Assembly: GCA_041687695.1 (NCBI GenBank)
Contig: JAWLBL010000035.1
Span: 1-64,000 of the forward strand
Source: Myxococcota bacterium
Lineage (GTDB): Bacteria; Myxococcota_A; UBA9042; PHBI01; JAWLBL01
Reading direction: 5' to 3'
Length of the DNA: 64,000 nt
Positions 63,414-64,000 of the stretch are shown here, one piece after another (position 1 is the first letter of the stretch; each line of letters begins with the position of its first letter). The notes beneath the pieces are model-generated. The model made no database searches and was not told the DNA's origin. It worked only from the letters and a program-made list of their open reading frames with translations. A program made the position numbers and the translations under genes.

Positions 63414-64000
63414 ATGCGTGGGTTCGGTTCGGTACGTTCAGGCCGTGGCGTCAGCCCTTGGACCATCGTGGTTGGCGCGCTGCTCGCAGCGATCGGCGCG
63501 TGCGGCGACGGAGGCGCGCCGACCTCCGACGTCGGCGACACCAGCGGCGACGTCGGCGAGGAGCTGGTCGACACGCTGCTGGTCGAGGCGGTCATCGGCC
63601 CCGAGGGCGGCACGCTGCGCGACGAGGCCCATGGCGTGACGGTGACCTTCCCCGAGGGCGCCCTGACCGAGCCGACCACGCTGCGCCTCTTCGCGCGCCA
63701 GGTCGCGCCCAAGGCCGACGGCGCCGAGGACCCGTGGGTGGTGCCGACGCGGCGCTTCCTCCTCGAGCCGGCCGGGCTGGCGCTGGCCGAGCCCGCGTGG
63801 GTCCATCTGAAGGCCTCGGCCGAGGCGATCCCCTTTCCGGCGACCGGCCCGGACCTGGGGATCTACCGCCGCGACGACGCCGGGTGGTCACCCATCGACC
63901 TCACGCCCTACGCCGGCTCCGAGCGCCACTTCCCCGCGACCTTCGAAGTCTCGGGCTACACCGACCGCCTCGGCGAATTCGCCGCTCGGCTCCACCCGCC
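63414..64000 (+). CDS. Lipoprotein with ZU5-like domain, partial (runs off the window; absent from the ORF track)
   Basis: ATG at 63414, IGAC lipobox, IGPEGGTL..GVTVTFPEGAL, LEPAGL.L.EP; open to the window end. Confidence 0.7.
   Translation, partial: MRGFGSVRSGRGVSPWTIVVGALLAAIGACGDGGAPTSDVGDTSGDVGEELVDTLLVEAVIGPEGGTLRDEAHGVTVTFPEGALTEPTTLRLFARQVAPKADGAEDPWVVPTRRFLLEPAGLALAEPAWVHLKASAEAIPFPATGPDLGIYRRDDAGWSPIDLTPYAGSERHFPATFEVSGYTDRLGEFAARLHP

Overview
Very GC-rich bacterial DNA, probably Myxococcota: it has myxobacterial Cys-rich CGDG-CDDGN repeats, a MYXO-CTERM-like tail, many lipoproteins and sigma54 signalling genes. The taxon is an inference and all assignments come from motif recognition by eye, not database searches. 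About 52 plausible protein genes were found; no rRNA, tRNA, CRISPR array or transposase was seen. Left part: SNF2-like helicase, molybdate ABC operon with an HTH-PBP regulator, PAS hybrid kinase, secreted proteins, SulP, DUF3857-transglutaminase-TPR protein and a MocR/EamA pair. The centrepiece is a ~19 kb region (26.3-45.4 kb) bracketed by two inward-facing sigma54 (-24/-12) promoter motifs. One arm is a translationally coupled ManC-like / beta-CASP nuclease / P-type ATPase / FtsH / globin-coupled kinase operon. The other arm has two USPs, a receiver, PAS/GAF kinases and an NtrC-type activator. Between them lies a globin-RsbR stressosome operon with no sigB in the window. This is the best candidate for an undescribed system: a dual-globin O2-sensing stressosome wired to sigma54. 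Right part: Cys-rich Sel1 protein, tandem RlaP-like nucleotidyltransferases, a second sigma54 activator, two outer-membrane barrels, LuxR plus an extended macrodomain, and two Cys-rich-stalk surface lipoproteins (Kelch and C-type lectin tips). Many start codons were moved downstream of the ORF-track starts using RBS and stop/start overlaps.
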